A DNA stretch of 45,059 bases, from assembly GCA_944391585.1 (NCBI GenBank), contig CALXUD010000003.1:1-45059 (forward strand), read 5' to 3'. How positions within the stretch are numbered: position 1 is the stretch's first letter; every line of letters starts with the position of its first letter. This DNA is from an uncultured Alphaproteobacteria bacterium. Lineage in GTDB: Bacteria; Pseudomonadota; Alphaproteobacteria; CAAHEQ01; UBA3637. The position numbers and the translations under genes are program-made. Of the stretch, positions 30,253 through 39,409 are shown in pieces. The notes below the pieces were generated by a model. That model saw only the letters and a program-made list of their open reading frames with translations. It was not told where the DNA came from and did no database searches.

Positions 30253-31501
30253 GAAAATCGGCATTTTCGGTATGGGGCGTGAAGGAAAGGCCTTAAAGGA
30301 TTTTTTATCACAACATTTAATTGAATCAACATTGATTGAAATAGGGGAAGGAAATGTGTCGGATTTGGGTGAATGTGATGTCATTTTTAAGTCTCCCGGT
30401 GTCAGTTTATATCGTTCGGAAATACAAAGACTGATAAAAAAAGGAACACCTGTTTCTTCAGGAACTAATTTGTTCATGCGTTTAAAAAATCCGATGCAAA
30501 AAATGATTGCTATAACGGGGACAAAAGGCAAAAGCACGACATCTTCTTTATTGTATCATACTTTAAAATATTTTGGTATTCATGTTGGTTTTGGGGGAAA
30601 TATCGGATTGCCTTTAATTCAATTGCTAAAAGAAGATTATGATTGGATTGTGGCGGAATTGTCCAGTTATCAGTGTGCTGATTTTGTGGGAACACCGAAT
30701 ATTGCCGTGTTAGTCAATCTTTATCCCGAACATTTGCAGTGGCACGGTACACATGAACAATACTATGTAGATAAAATAAATATGGTTCGTCAGGCAAAAG
30801 TATGTTTTATTAATGCTGAAAATAAAAAAAGTCTTGAATATGCAAAGGATCTTTCCGCTCGTTTTTTTAATGATAAAAATACTATTCATGTGGAAAATGG
30901 CTTTTTTATGAATGCAAATGACTTATTGTTTTCAACATCTTCATTGAATTTAATCGGAGAACATAATCTTTCCAATGCTTGCGCCGTTTTAAGCGTTATT
31001 CAACAAATGGGACTAGATTTGAAAAAATGTGAAGACGCATTTAGAAGCTTTCAGTCCTTGCCACATCGTTTGGATAAAATAGCAGAAATAAATGGCGTTT
31101 TATTTGTGGATGACAGTATTTCTACCACGCCGGAAACGGCTCTTGCCGGATTGAAATCTTTCTCTCAAACGGCTCCAATGACCTTGATTGTTGGTGGACA
31201 GAATAGAGGCCAAGATTATACTGTTTTGATTGATTATTTAGTTCTAAATCGTCATCGGATAAAGCTTATTACTTTACCGGATACGGGGAAAATCGTTTAT
31301 GAAATGGCGCGTGCTTCTGGGATTGAGACCTATTATTTTGATACAATGGAGCAGGCGGTCAAAAAGGCTAAAATTATTACTCCAATGGGAGGTATTATTT
31401 TGTTATCGCCAGCAGCTCCCAGTTATAACATGTATCAAAACTTTGAAGAACGTGGTAACGATTTTAAAAAATGGGCTATGCTTAATTTTATTGAAAAGTA
31501 A
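30227..31501 (+). CDS. murD2: Mur ligase, probably the L-Glu-adding MurD2
   Basis: GMGREG, KSPGVS, ITGTKGKSTT, ELSSYQ, NLYPEHLQWHG, DDSISTTP, LLSPAAPSY..Y.NFEERG; coupled to murL. Confidence 0.82.
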   Translation: MCLTTLNHKKIGIFGMGREGKALKDFLSQHLIESTLIEIGEGNVSDLGECDVIFKSPGVSLYRSEIQRLIKKGTPVSSGTNLFMRLKNPMQKMIAITGTKGKSTTSSLLYHTLKYFGIHVGFGGNIGLPLIQLLKEDYDWIVAELSSYQCADFVGTPNIAVLVNLYPEHLQWHGTHEQYYVDKINMVRQAKVCFINAENKKSLEYAKDLSARFFNDKNTIHVENGFFMNANDLLFSTSSLNLIGEHNLSNACAVLSVIQQMGLDLKKCEDAFRSFQSLPHRLDKIAEINGVLFVDDSISTTPETALAGLKSFSQTAPMTLIVGGQNRGQDYTVLIDYLVLNRHRIKLITLPDTGKIVYEMARASGIETYYFDTMEQAVKKAKIITPMGGIILLSPAAPSYNMYQNFEERGNDFKKWAMLNFIEK

Positions 31502-31513
31502 GAATAATGTTTT

Positions 31514-32323
31514 TCAACGTGAGAAAAATTTATTCCTTATTATTTCTTGAACAGGAATTTTCTTTTTTTTCTCTTCTTTTTTCTTTTTTAAAATTAGCTC
31601 TTCATTTATTTTTTTTGTTTGTTTTATTTTGTTTAATTTTATTTTAGCTAATTTTTTTAAATTTTTCTTTTTTAAAGTTTCATTTTTTAAATAGTTTTTA
31701 TATTCATCTTTTTTATCAGAGACAATTAAAAAATTATCTATAAAAGAAAGGACATCATTTTCCAAAATATTTGTTTTCTTTTTGAGAATAACTTGATGTT
31801 TCGTTAAATGAAAGATATCTTCTTCTTTAAATTTCCTCATAGGAGATAAAAGTTGTTTTTTTACTTCATAAATATTATAGATGTCAGTATGATGACTTAA
31901 TTTTATTGGTAAATCGGAATAAGACACTCTCACTTCTTTAAAATTAACATCTATATCTCTTTGTTCTAACACTTTATTTTTATTGATAGAAATCCAAGAA
32001 ATATCTTTTTGGTCTGTGATAGCAAATATATTTCTTTCTGTTTCAACAGTTGTTGGCATAAAATCTCGAGGATCTCCTTGATAAGTATCTCTTACACATC
32101 GGATAGAACCGTTTGCTAAATAATAAGTTTTATTTCCAATGGTTATTTTTTTTATTTTAATTGGCGATATTATTTCAGTTTTATCAACATGATCCAAGAT
32201 ATTTTTTAAATATGTTGGATTAACAATTTCTTTTAATTTTTGAGTTAATTTAGGATCATTAAGAGATGTTTCTTCTATAGTTGTTTTTTTAAATAAAGAA
32301 GTCAAAAAAGTTTTTAAAGACAT
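31514..32323 (-). CDS. Hypothetical 269-aa protein with Lys-rich C-terminus
   Basis: Long ORF in very AT-rich DNA; ATG 32323 follows GGAGGG. Confidence 0.8.
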   Translation of the reverse strand: MSLKTFLTSLFKKTTIEETSLNDPKLTQKLKEIVNPTYLKNILDHVDKTEIISPIKIKKITIGNKTYYLANGSIRCVRDTYQGDPRDFMPTTVETERNIFAITDQKDISWISINKNKVLEQRDIDVNFKEVRVSYSDLPIKLSHHTDIYNIYEVKKQLLSPMRKFKEEDIFHLTKHQVILKKKTNILENDVLSFIDNFLIVSDKKDEYKNYLKNETLKKKNLKKLAKIKLNKIKQTKKINEELILKKKKEEKKKKIPVQEIIRNKFFSR

Positions 32324-32416
32324 TATTCCCTCCGTAAAATACAAAAACATTATATCATAAAAATAATGTTTTTTCAACTTTTTTTTAAAAAAATAGAATT
32401 TGTATATCAGCGAATA

Positions 32417-32442
32417 AAAAAGCCGCCTGAAAAGGCGGTTTG
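32417..32442 (-). terminator. Terminator after tRNA-Asp
   Basis: Minus strand AAACCGCC-TTTTCA-GGCGGCTTTTTT. Confidence 0.85.
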
Positions 32443-32447
32443 ATAAA

Positions 32448-32524
32448 TGGCGGGAGTGAAGGGGCTCGAACCCTCGACCTTCTGCGTGACAGGCAGACGC
32501 TCTAACCAGCTGAGCTACACCCCC
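32448..32524 (-). tRNA. tRNA-Asp (GTC)
   Basis: GGGGGTGTAGCTCAGCTGGTTAGAGCGTCTGC-CTGTCAC-GCAGAAGGTCGAGGGTTCGAGCCCCTTCACTCCCGCCA. Confidence 0.97.
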
Positions 32525-32597
32525 ATAAGGGATGGGACATCTTTTATCAGGATTTTAAACAAAAATCAAGTCTTTTTTTTATAAAAATGATATTTTT

Positions 32598-33536
32598 TTA
32601 ATTTTGATGATGTTTGGCCAGATATTTTAATCCGTCAAATGCCATATGTGGTTTTAGAATAAGGAAAACGGGAATAGTTTCCAAATATGATTTTAAACGC
32701 CCTTTTTCTTTGAAATAAAAGGAAAATTTTGATTTTTTAAAAAGTTTTAAGATAAATGGGTCTTGTAAAATACTGCCAGTTAAATAAATGCCGCCGCTTG
32801 TTTTTAAAGTTAATGCTAAATTACCGGCAAAAATTCCTAAAAATTCAAAGAAAAATTGATACGTTTCCAATGCATTTTGATTTTTTTGAATAGCTAATCG
32901 ATATAATTCTTCAGTTGATTGAATCGGATGGCCACCATTTTTGAGTTGAATGAGCGCATTGTATAAATTGACTAATCCCGGACCAGATAATACACGTTCA
33001 AAGGAAAGTGGATTAAATTGGTTGGATAAAATCTGGGCAATTTGTTGCTGTATTGGTGAAATGGGAGTTAGTGTGCTATGCCCAGCCTCAGACTCTAATA
33101 CTTTGCCATTATAAATGAAACAACATCCTAAGCCGGTTCCGGGGCCAATTAAGGCAATCGGTTGATTTTTATCTGCTTTTTTGGATGAAAGAGGGTATAT
33201 TTCTTTCTTTTTTAAACCTAAAACCCCTAATCCTTGTAATTTAAAGTCGTTAACGAAAAGAACGGTTTTAAATTGAAATTCTTTTTGAAATTTTTGGACG
33301 TTAATTTTCCAATTTAAATTACTGAAAAATAATGTGTTTTTTTGAATAATTCCAGCGCCACCCAAAATTAATGAGCTGGGTCTTTGAGAAAGGGTTTTTA
33401 AATAAACGCTTAATACATCGGTAAAGCTTATAAAATCCCGATTATAGTAAATTTTAATAGGAGATTGCTTTGAATTACGGTATATGGCAAAGCGGCTGTG
33501 TGTTCCGCCAATATCTGCCAATAAAATATCTGCCAT
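32598..33536 (-). CDS. glk: Glucokinase-family sugar kinase
   Basis: ADIGGT, NDF, GPGTGLG, SEAGH, SFERVLSGPGL, F.EKGRL..YL..IPV. Confidence 0.9.
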   Translation of the reverse strand: MADILLADIGGTHSRFAIYRNSKQSPIKIYYNRDFISFTDVLSVYLKTLSQRPSSLILGGAGIIQKNTLFFSNLNWKINVQKFQKEFQFKTVLFVNDFKLQGLGVLGLKKKEIYPLSSKKADKNQPIALIGPGTGLGCCFIYNGKVLESEAGHSTLTPISPIQQQIAQILSNQFNPLSFERVLSGPGLVNLYNALIQLKNGGHPIQSTEELYRLAIQKNQNALETYQFFFEFLGIFAGNLALTLKTSGGIYLTGSILQDPFILKLFKKSKFSFYFKEKGRLKSYLETIPVFLILKPHMAFDGLKYLAKHHQN

Positions 33537-33547
33537 TAATTGCTCCT

Positions 33548-33757
33548 TTATTGTTTTAAAATACAAATCACATTGTGATATAAACAGGCAAAACCTTGAC
33601 CGATTTTTTCAAAAAAAGGAAGTTGAACGTTCTTTTCCAAGCACGAAAGCATATCTCCTGCACAAACATTAGTTGCAGTTGGTGTCGAAAAAAGATAAAT
33701 CAACACGCCAATTAAAGACAAAATAATAAGTCCCCAAAAGAGGGTTTTAAACATCAT
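33548..33757 (-). CDS. Small membrane protein with twin CX6C motif
   Basis: N-terminal TM then CAGDMLSC-X18-CLYHNVIC; fills the gap between glmU and glk. Confidence 0.75.
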   Translation of the reverse strand: MMFKTLFWGLIILSLIGVLIYLFSTPTATNVCAGDMLSCLEKNVQLPFFEKIGQGFACLYHNVICILKQ

Positions 33758-34475
33758 TTTTCCTTCCCTGATAAATCATTTCTGCCGCTTCTAACTCTTC
33801 TTGCGTATTTATTCCGTGTGCTTCTTCTACATCACAAATGACGATATCGCGCTTAAGACCATGTTCTTTCGCCAATTTAACCACATCTGTTAGATAGTAT
33901 TCTTGAGCGGCATTATTATTTTTAATTTCTTTTAACAAGGAAAGAGCATATTGCCCATTTAAGCACATAACACCGGAATTGCATAATTTAATGGCACGTT
34001 GTTCATCTGTTGCATCTTTATATTCCACAATCTCTTCCAGTCCCGCTTCACTCATAACCAAACGACCGTATCGGCGAGCATCTTGAGGAATAAAGCCTAA
34101 GACAACCACATCAAATCCTTCCTGATATTTTTGAATCATTTTGGTTAATGTTTCTGATTTCAATAAAGGGCTGTCGCCAAATAAAATTAAAACACATCCA
34201 TCAAAAGGTTTTAGATATTCTTCTGCCATTAAAACGGCATGACCTGTTCCCAAGCGTTCTTTTTGCTCAACGGTTTTATAAGGTGCAACTACTTTTTTTA
34301 AATTGTCCATGTTAGGACCAACAACAACAGTAATGTCTTGGATGCCCGCTTTTTCAACTGTGGAAAGTAGAATTCGAATCATCGGAATACCACAAATTTC
34401 ATGCAAAACTTTTGGTAGTGGAGAATTCATTCGTGTTCCCATACCGGCACCTAAAATAATTGCTTTTGTTTCCAT
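33747..34475 (-). CDS. glmU: GlcNAc-1-P uridyltransferase (GlmU N-terminal domain only)
   Basis: ILGAGMGTRM..LPKVLH, Q.ERLGTGHAV, GDSPL, YGRL, IVEYKDA, NNAAQEYYLTD, GINT; 242 aa with no hexapeptide-repeat domain. Confidence 0.9.
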   Translation of the reverse strand: METKAIILGAGMGTRMNSPLPKVLHEICGIPMIRILLSTVEKAGIQDITVVVGPNMDNLKKVVAPYKTVEQKERLGTGHAVLMAEEYLKPFDGCVLILFGDSPLLKSETLTKMIQKYQEGFDVVVLGFIPQDARRYGRLVMSEAGLEEIVEYKDATDEQRAIKLCNSGVMCLNGQYALSLLKEIKNNNAAQEYYLTDVVKLAKEHGLKRDIVICDVEEAHGINTQEELEAAEMIYQGRKNDV

Positions 34476-34489
34476 TTTATATCCTTTTG

Positions 34490-36736
34490 TTAAATAAAAA
34501 TACCATGATCAATTGCATAAGATTTTAATTGCTCACGAATTGAATGGTTTGATTGTTCAATTTGAGAAAGAATGTATTCTGCTGTTTTTTCACGATTCAT
34601 TGTGCGTACGACGGCTTTAATAGCCGGAATAGCTGCCGGATTCATGGATAATGAGGTATATCCCAATGCAATCAAAGCAATGGCATCGATCGGATTGGAG
34701 GCAATTTCACCACAAACCGAGCAGGGGATATTTGCTTTTCGGCATTCGTCACTAATATATTTTAAAACTTTTAATGTTTCCGGTGCTAAGGAATCATATC
34801 GATTCCAAATAATCGGATTTCCACGATCGGTAGCGAATAAAAATTGAAATAAGTCGTTAGTCCCAACCGAAACGAAATCAACATATTTTAATAACTCCGG
34901 CAATTGAAAAATCAGGGAAGGCACTTCCAACATAGTGCCGACTTTTATGGAAGATGGTAAAACGCCACCTTTGTTTTTTTCTCGCTTCAATTCAATATCC
35001 AAGGTTTTTTTTGCTTCCAAAAATTCATCTACATTTGAAATCATTGGAAACATAATACGCAATTCTTTTCCATTAACGGCTCGAATAAAGGAACGCAGTT
35101 GACTACGTAATAAGGCGCGCCTATCCAATGTAATTCGAATGGAACGCCATCCCATGGCCGGGTTTTTTTCGCCTGTATTATCAAAATAAGGTAAAACCTT
35201 ATCTGAACCGATATCCAGCGTTCTGAAAGTTAAAGGTTTATCTCCAACCTGTAAAATGGCTTTTTTATATATTTCAGTTTGTGTTTCCGTGTCCGGTAGT
35301 TGATTAGATGTCATGAAAGGTAATTCTGTCCGATATAAGCCGACCCCGTCATAATCATTTTGGTCAATAGACATTAAATCATTCGCTAATCCGATATTGA
35401 TATTTAATTGAACAGGGATGCCATCTAATGTAATGCCGGGTAATCCTTTTAAGAGTTTATATTTTTCCAACAATTTTTGATGTGTTTGAATTTTAATGGA
35501 AAAATCATCTAAAACTTCATCAGATGGGTTAATATAAACCAATCCTTTAGTGGCATCAACCGCTAAATAATCGCCCGCATTGATATGGGATAAAATAGCT
35601 CCAATTCCACCAATCATTGGAATATTCAAAGACTTTGCCACAATGGCTACATGCATTGTTTGTGAACCTTCCTGTAAAACGATGGCTTTAATTTTTTTGA
35701 TATCATAATCTAATAGTTCGGCTGGGCCCATATTCTCGGCAATTAAAATTGTATTTTTATCCAAAACCAATTTTGTACGTCTGAATTTTCCTTTTAAATT
35801 TTTAATCAGTCGATTTGCTAAATCATTAAAGTCATGAATTCGTTCTCGTAAATAAGGATCTGTGATTAATTGCATCCGTTCCGTTATTTCATCAGAAACC
35901 TTTTGAATGCTCGCTTCAGCAGTAAGTCCCATTTGGATAGCTGCAGTAATTTTTTCAATCCATCCTTTATCTTTTGTGAACATTAAATAAGATTTAAAGA
36001 TGTCAATTTGTTCTTCAGCTAACTGAGGATTTGTCAGCATATTATTGATTTCTTTTTGAACCATTAAAAGGGCATCATTTAATCGTTTAATTTCAGCAGA
36101 ACTATCTTTTGCCAAAATATTAGATGTGCGTTCTATTCGTTTGTGGATAAATGCTGTTCCAACAGCAACACCGCTGATAATACACACTCCCTCCATTTTT
36201 TTTAGGCGACTGGCGTTATTAATCGGTTCTTGTTTATTTTGAGTATTTTCACGTGTTAAAATTTCGGAAAGAGCCAATGCACTTGTTTCCAATAATTCAA
36301 TAATTTCAGTTGGGAAAGTTTGAATTTGAGTGGTTTGTATCGCTAAAACGCCATACAAATGATCGCCTTTTAAGATTGGAGTCCCCGCCAGTGATTTAAA
36401 AGCCGTTTCTTTCGTTTCCGGCTTATGAACAAAACTTGGATGAGCCCAAGCATCTTCAAAAACTAAAGATTTTCGTTGAAGGGCAATTTCACCGATTAAC
36501 CCTTCGCCGATTTGCAGGAATGTTTCGTGTAAAGCGGATTTATCCAATCCATAACTGGCATACAGTTCTAAAATATCACCAGGACGGATAAGATAGCAAG
36601 AACACACATCTACATTTAACTGTGTAGCAATTACATAAACCGTCTTTTCAAGTAAAAGATCTATTGGTAATTTTTTATTCATTAAATCACGCAATAGTTT
36701 TAAGGTATGTGGAATGGTTCCCGGTTTTAATTGCAT
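34490..36736 (-). CDS. ptsP: PTS enzyme I-Ntr (GAF domain plus EI)
   Basis: N-terminal GAF (CSCYL, GEGLIG.IA), phospho-His site GSQTMHVAIVA, GLYRTE, RTLDIGSDK, NPAMGWRSIR, SVGTNDL. Confidence 0.95.
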   Translation of the reverse strand: MQLKPGTIPHTLKLLRDLMNKKLPIDLLLEKTVYVIATQLNVDVCSCYLIRPGDILELYASYGLDKSALHETFLQIGEGLIGEIALQRKSLVFEDAWAHPSFVHKPETKETAFKSLAGTPILKGDHLYGVLAIQTTQIQTFPTEIIELLETSALALSEILTRENTQNKQEPINNASRLKKMEGVCIISGVAVGTAFIHKRIERTSNILAKDSSAEIKRLNDALLMVQKEINNMLTNPQLAEEQIDIFKSYLMFTKDKGWIEKITAAIQMGLTAEASIQKVSDEITERMQLITDPYLRERIHDFNDLANRLIKNLKGKFRRTKLVLDKNTILIAENMGPAELLDYDIKKIKAIVLQEGSQTMHVAIVAKSLNIPMIGGIGAILSHINAGDYLAVDATKGLVYINPSDEVLDDFSIKIQTHQKLLEKYKLLKGLPGITLDGIPVQLNINIGLANDLMSIDQNDYDGVGLYRTELPFMTSNQLPDTETQTEIYKKAILQVGDKPLTFRTLDIGSDKVLPYFDNTGEKNPAMGWRSIRITLDRRALLRSQLRSFIRAVNGKELRIMFPMISNVDEFLEAKKTLDIELKREKNKGGVLPSSIKVGTMLEVPSLIFQLPELLKYVDFVSVGTNDLFQFLFATDRGNPIIWNRYDSLAPETLKVLKYISDECRKANIPCSVCGEIASNPIDAIALIALGYTSLSMNPAAIPAIKAVVRTMNREKTAEYILSQIEQSNHSIREQLKSYAIDHGIFI

Positions 36737-36783
36737 TATCTTATCCTCTTTGATCAAATCATACCTTGTTTTTAAAATGAACG

Positions 36784-38136
36784 TCAAGTTTTATTTCGTT
36801 TATTTGAATAAGGATTGTTTTGTTTTCTTAAATGAATGCGAATAGGAACACCGTGTAATCCGAAACGATCTCGTAGTCCGTTGGTCAAATAACGTAAATA
36901 TGATTCAGGCAATTGATCAGGATTAGAAGAAAAAATAACAAAAGTAGGAGGTCTACTTGAAACCTGAGTTATATATTTCATTGGAATGCGTCGCCCATTT
37001 TTGGCAATAGGTGTTGGATGAGCTTCGGTCATTTCTCGTAAAAATGTGTTCATCTTATGAGTTGGGACACGTTTATTCCAAATTTTATAGATATTAAAAA
37101 CTTCCCGCATCATAGGATCTAAACCATATCCCGTTTTGGCAGAAATGGTAACGATAGGTATTCCTTTGACTTGTTGCAGGGAAGAGACCATTTTTTCTTT
37201 AATATCGCGCAGAACCTTTTTTTGATTTTCAATTTCGTCCCATTTATTCAGAGCTAAAATTAAAGCACGTCCTTCATTGATAACCGTTGAGGCAATGATT
37301 AAGTCTTGTTTTTCCATTGGTTCATTGGCGTCTAGTACTAAAATGACAACTTCTGCAAAATTAATGGCATTTGTCGTATCAAATGTAGAAATTTTTTCCA
37401 AAACATTATCTACTTTTCCTCGTTTACGCAAACCGGCTGTGTCAGTTAATAAAATATCTTTATCCTGCCATTTCCATGGAATGGTAATTGCATCGCGTGT
37501 AACGCCTGCTTCCGGACCGGTTAAAAGACGTTCTTTCCCTAATAGTTGATTGATTAACGTTGATTTTCCTACATTTGGACGTCCAACGATTGCCAGATGC
37601 AAAGGGCGACTTTTCTCTTCTTCAGATTCTTCTTGACTTTCTTCAGGTGTGTCAGGGAAAAAGGGGAGGAGAGTCTGATATAAATCGGCTAATCCTAATC
37701 CATGCTCGGCTGAAATCGGAATCGGATCACCTAGACCTAACTTGTAAAAATCAACTAAATCAGTTGATTGTGTTTTCCCTTCACATTTATTGGCAACCAA
37801 TATAATAGGTTTATGTGCTGTACGTAAAGATTTTGCTAGTTTATCATCTAAACTTGTTCTTTCCGAGCGCGCATCTACAACCATCAAGACAATATCCGAT
37901 TCTTCAATGGCCATTTGGGTTTGCTTCCACATAGCTTGGGAAAGAGCTGTTGTTTCTTCTAATCCGGCTGTGTCAATTAAACGGAATGTTAAATCATATA
38001 AATGAGCCGTTGCTTCTTTTCGATCACGCGTAACACCGGCAATGTCATGAACAATTGCCAGTTTTTTTTGACATAACCGATTAAAAAGCGTAGATTTTCC
38101 GACGTTTGTTCGACCAACAATGGCAATTGTTTTCAT
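36784..38136 (-). CDS. der: Ribosome biogenesis GTPase Der
   Basis: Two G domains (GRTNVGKS and GRPNVGKS, GVTRD twice, DTAG twice), RPPTF. Confidence 0.98.
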   Translation of the reverse strand: MKTIAIVGRTNVGKSTLFNRLCQKKLAIVHDIAGVTRDRKEATAHLYDLTFRLIDTAGLEETTALSQAMWKQTQMAIEESDIVLMVVDARSERTSLDDKLAKSLRTAHKPIILVANKCEGKTQSTDLVDFYKLGLGDPIPISAEHGLGLADLYQTLLPFFPDTPEESQEESEEEKSRPLHLAIVGRPNVGKSTLINQLLGKERLLTGPEAGVTRDAITIPWKWQDKDILLTDTAGLRKRGKVDNVLEKISTFDTTNAINFAEVVILVLDANEPMEKQDLIIASTVINEGRALILALNKWDEIENQKKVLRDIKEKMVSSLQQVKGIPIVTISAKTGYGLDPMMREVFNIYKIWNKRVPTHKMNTFLREMTEAHPTPIAKNGRRIPMKYITQVSSRPPTFVIFSSNPDQLPESYLRYLTNGLRDRFGLHGVPIRIHLRKQNNPYSNKRNKT

Positions 38137-38137
38137 T

Positions 38138-39409
38138 TTATCCCTCGTATACAACTAAATCTGCTTCATCTGTTAAGAAAATAACCTTATTGTCGGCAAT
38201 GATCGGATAAGTGGATGTTGCATCAATTTTAAAGGTTTTTGTGAGTTGTCCAGTTTTTAAATCCACTAAAGCAACTTTTCCCGTATTAGAAACAACCAAT
38301 GCGTGTTCACGGATAAGAAGCGGTCCTTTCCATGTTTCTTCTTCTGAATTGGATAGACTTGTTTCCCAGGCGACTTTCCCATTATGTTTATTCATCGCAA
38401 CTAAATTATTTTTATCTACAATTACAAACAGTGTATTGCCAGATAAGGCGGGAGTTGAATGACCGGATAATGTGTTATCGAAAACTTCTTGTCCGTTATT
38501 GATGTTAAAAGCGGCAATTTTACGTGAGTTACCAATAATATAAACCGTATCGTTTTCAATAACCGGAGAGGCTAAAATATGAGCTAAATCCAAAATTTTA
38601 TTATATGTGCGTGCAGATAAAACGTTTTGAGTCCATAATAGTGCACCGGTTAAAGCATTAAAAGCCATTACTTCGCCAGTGGAAAAACCAACGATTAATT
38701 TATCATTATGAATCGCTGGAGATCCCATTCCCAATAAATTTGTTTGATTCGGAGTTGTTTGATAAGACCATTTTTCCGAGCCATCTTTTGTACTTAAAGC
38801 AAAGAGTTTATTATTGCCTGCTAATAAATACAATGTGTTATCATAAATAACCGGTTCAGAACGCAAACTGGTTTTTAAATTTTTCTTCCAAATGATTTCA
38901 CCTTTTGTATTTAAGGCATAAATACTTCCATCACCGCCAATGGCAAAAATGAAGCTGTTATGATAAGCTAAACCAACACTTTGAATAGCCAGATCCTCGC
39001 AGCTGAGCTCTAGTTCTTTTTCCCAAATTTTTTTGCCCGAAGCTAAATCGGTCGCTGATAAGGTAAAAGCAGTATCTAGTGCATAAATTACTTGATTATA
39101 AACAATTGGCTCAGCTAATGTTAGGCGATCTGAATTAACACCTTTTCCAATATTTTTATCCCACAAAAATTTTAATTTATCCGATAAATTTGCTTGTGGC
39201 ATGTGATGTGATGCATTGAAAGCCGATTGTCCCCAATTTGAAAAGCTTTGCGCCTTACCCAAAACAATATTAAATTTTTGAATTTTTGTCCCAACAGATA
39301 GTTCGCTGGATGAGAAAGCAATTCGTTCGCCGGTTGGAGGCATTTTTTTATTTTCGGCACATCCCCCCAATACCAATCCAGCTAATAAAAAAACAAGATA
39401 TTTTTTCAT
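38138..39409 (-). CDS. bamB: PQQ-like beta-propeller lipoprotein BamB
   Basis: Lipobox LGGC, repeated A.d..tG...W blades, yfgM-bamB-der synteny. Confidence 0.88.
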   Translation of the reverse strand: MKKYLVFLLAGLVLGGCAENKKMPPTGERIAFSSSELSVGTKIQKFNIVLGKAQSFSNWGQSAFNASHHMPQANLSDKLKFLWDKNIGKGVNSDRLTLAEPIVYNQVIYALDTAFTLSATDLASGKKIWEKELELSCEDLAIQSVGLAYHNSFIFAIGGDGSIYALNTKGEIIWKKNLKTSLRSEPVIYDNTLYLLAGNNKLFALSTKDGSEKWSYQTTPNQTNLLGMGSPAIHNDKLIVGFSTGEVMAFNALTGALLWTQNVLSARTYNKILDLAHILASPVIENDTVYIIGNSRKIAAFNINNGQEVFDNTLSGHSTPALSGNTLFVIVDKNNLVAMNKHNGKVAWETSLSNSEEETWKGPLLIREHALVVSNTGKVALVDLKTGQLTKTFKIDATSTYPIIADNKVIFLTDEADLVVYEG

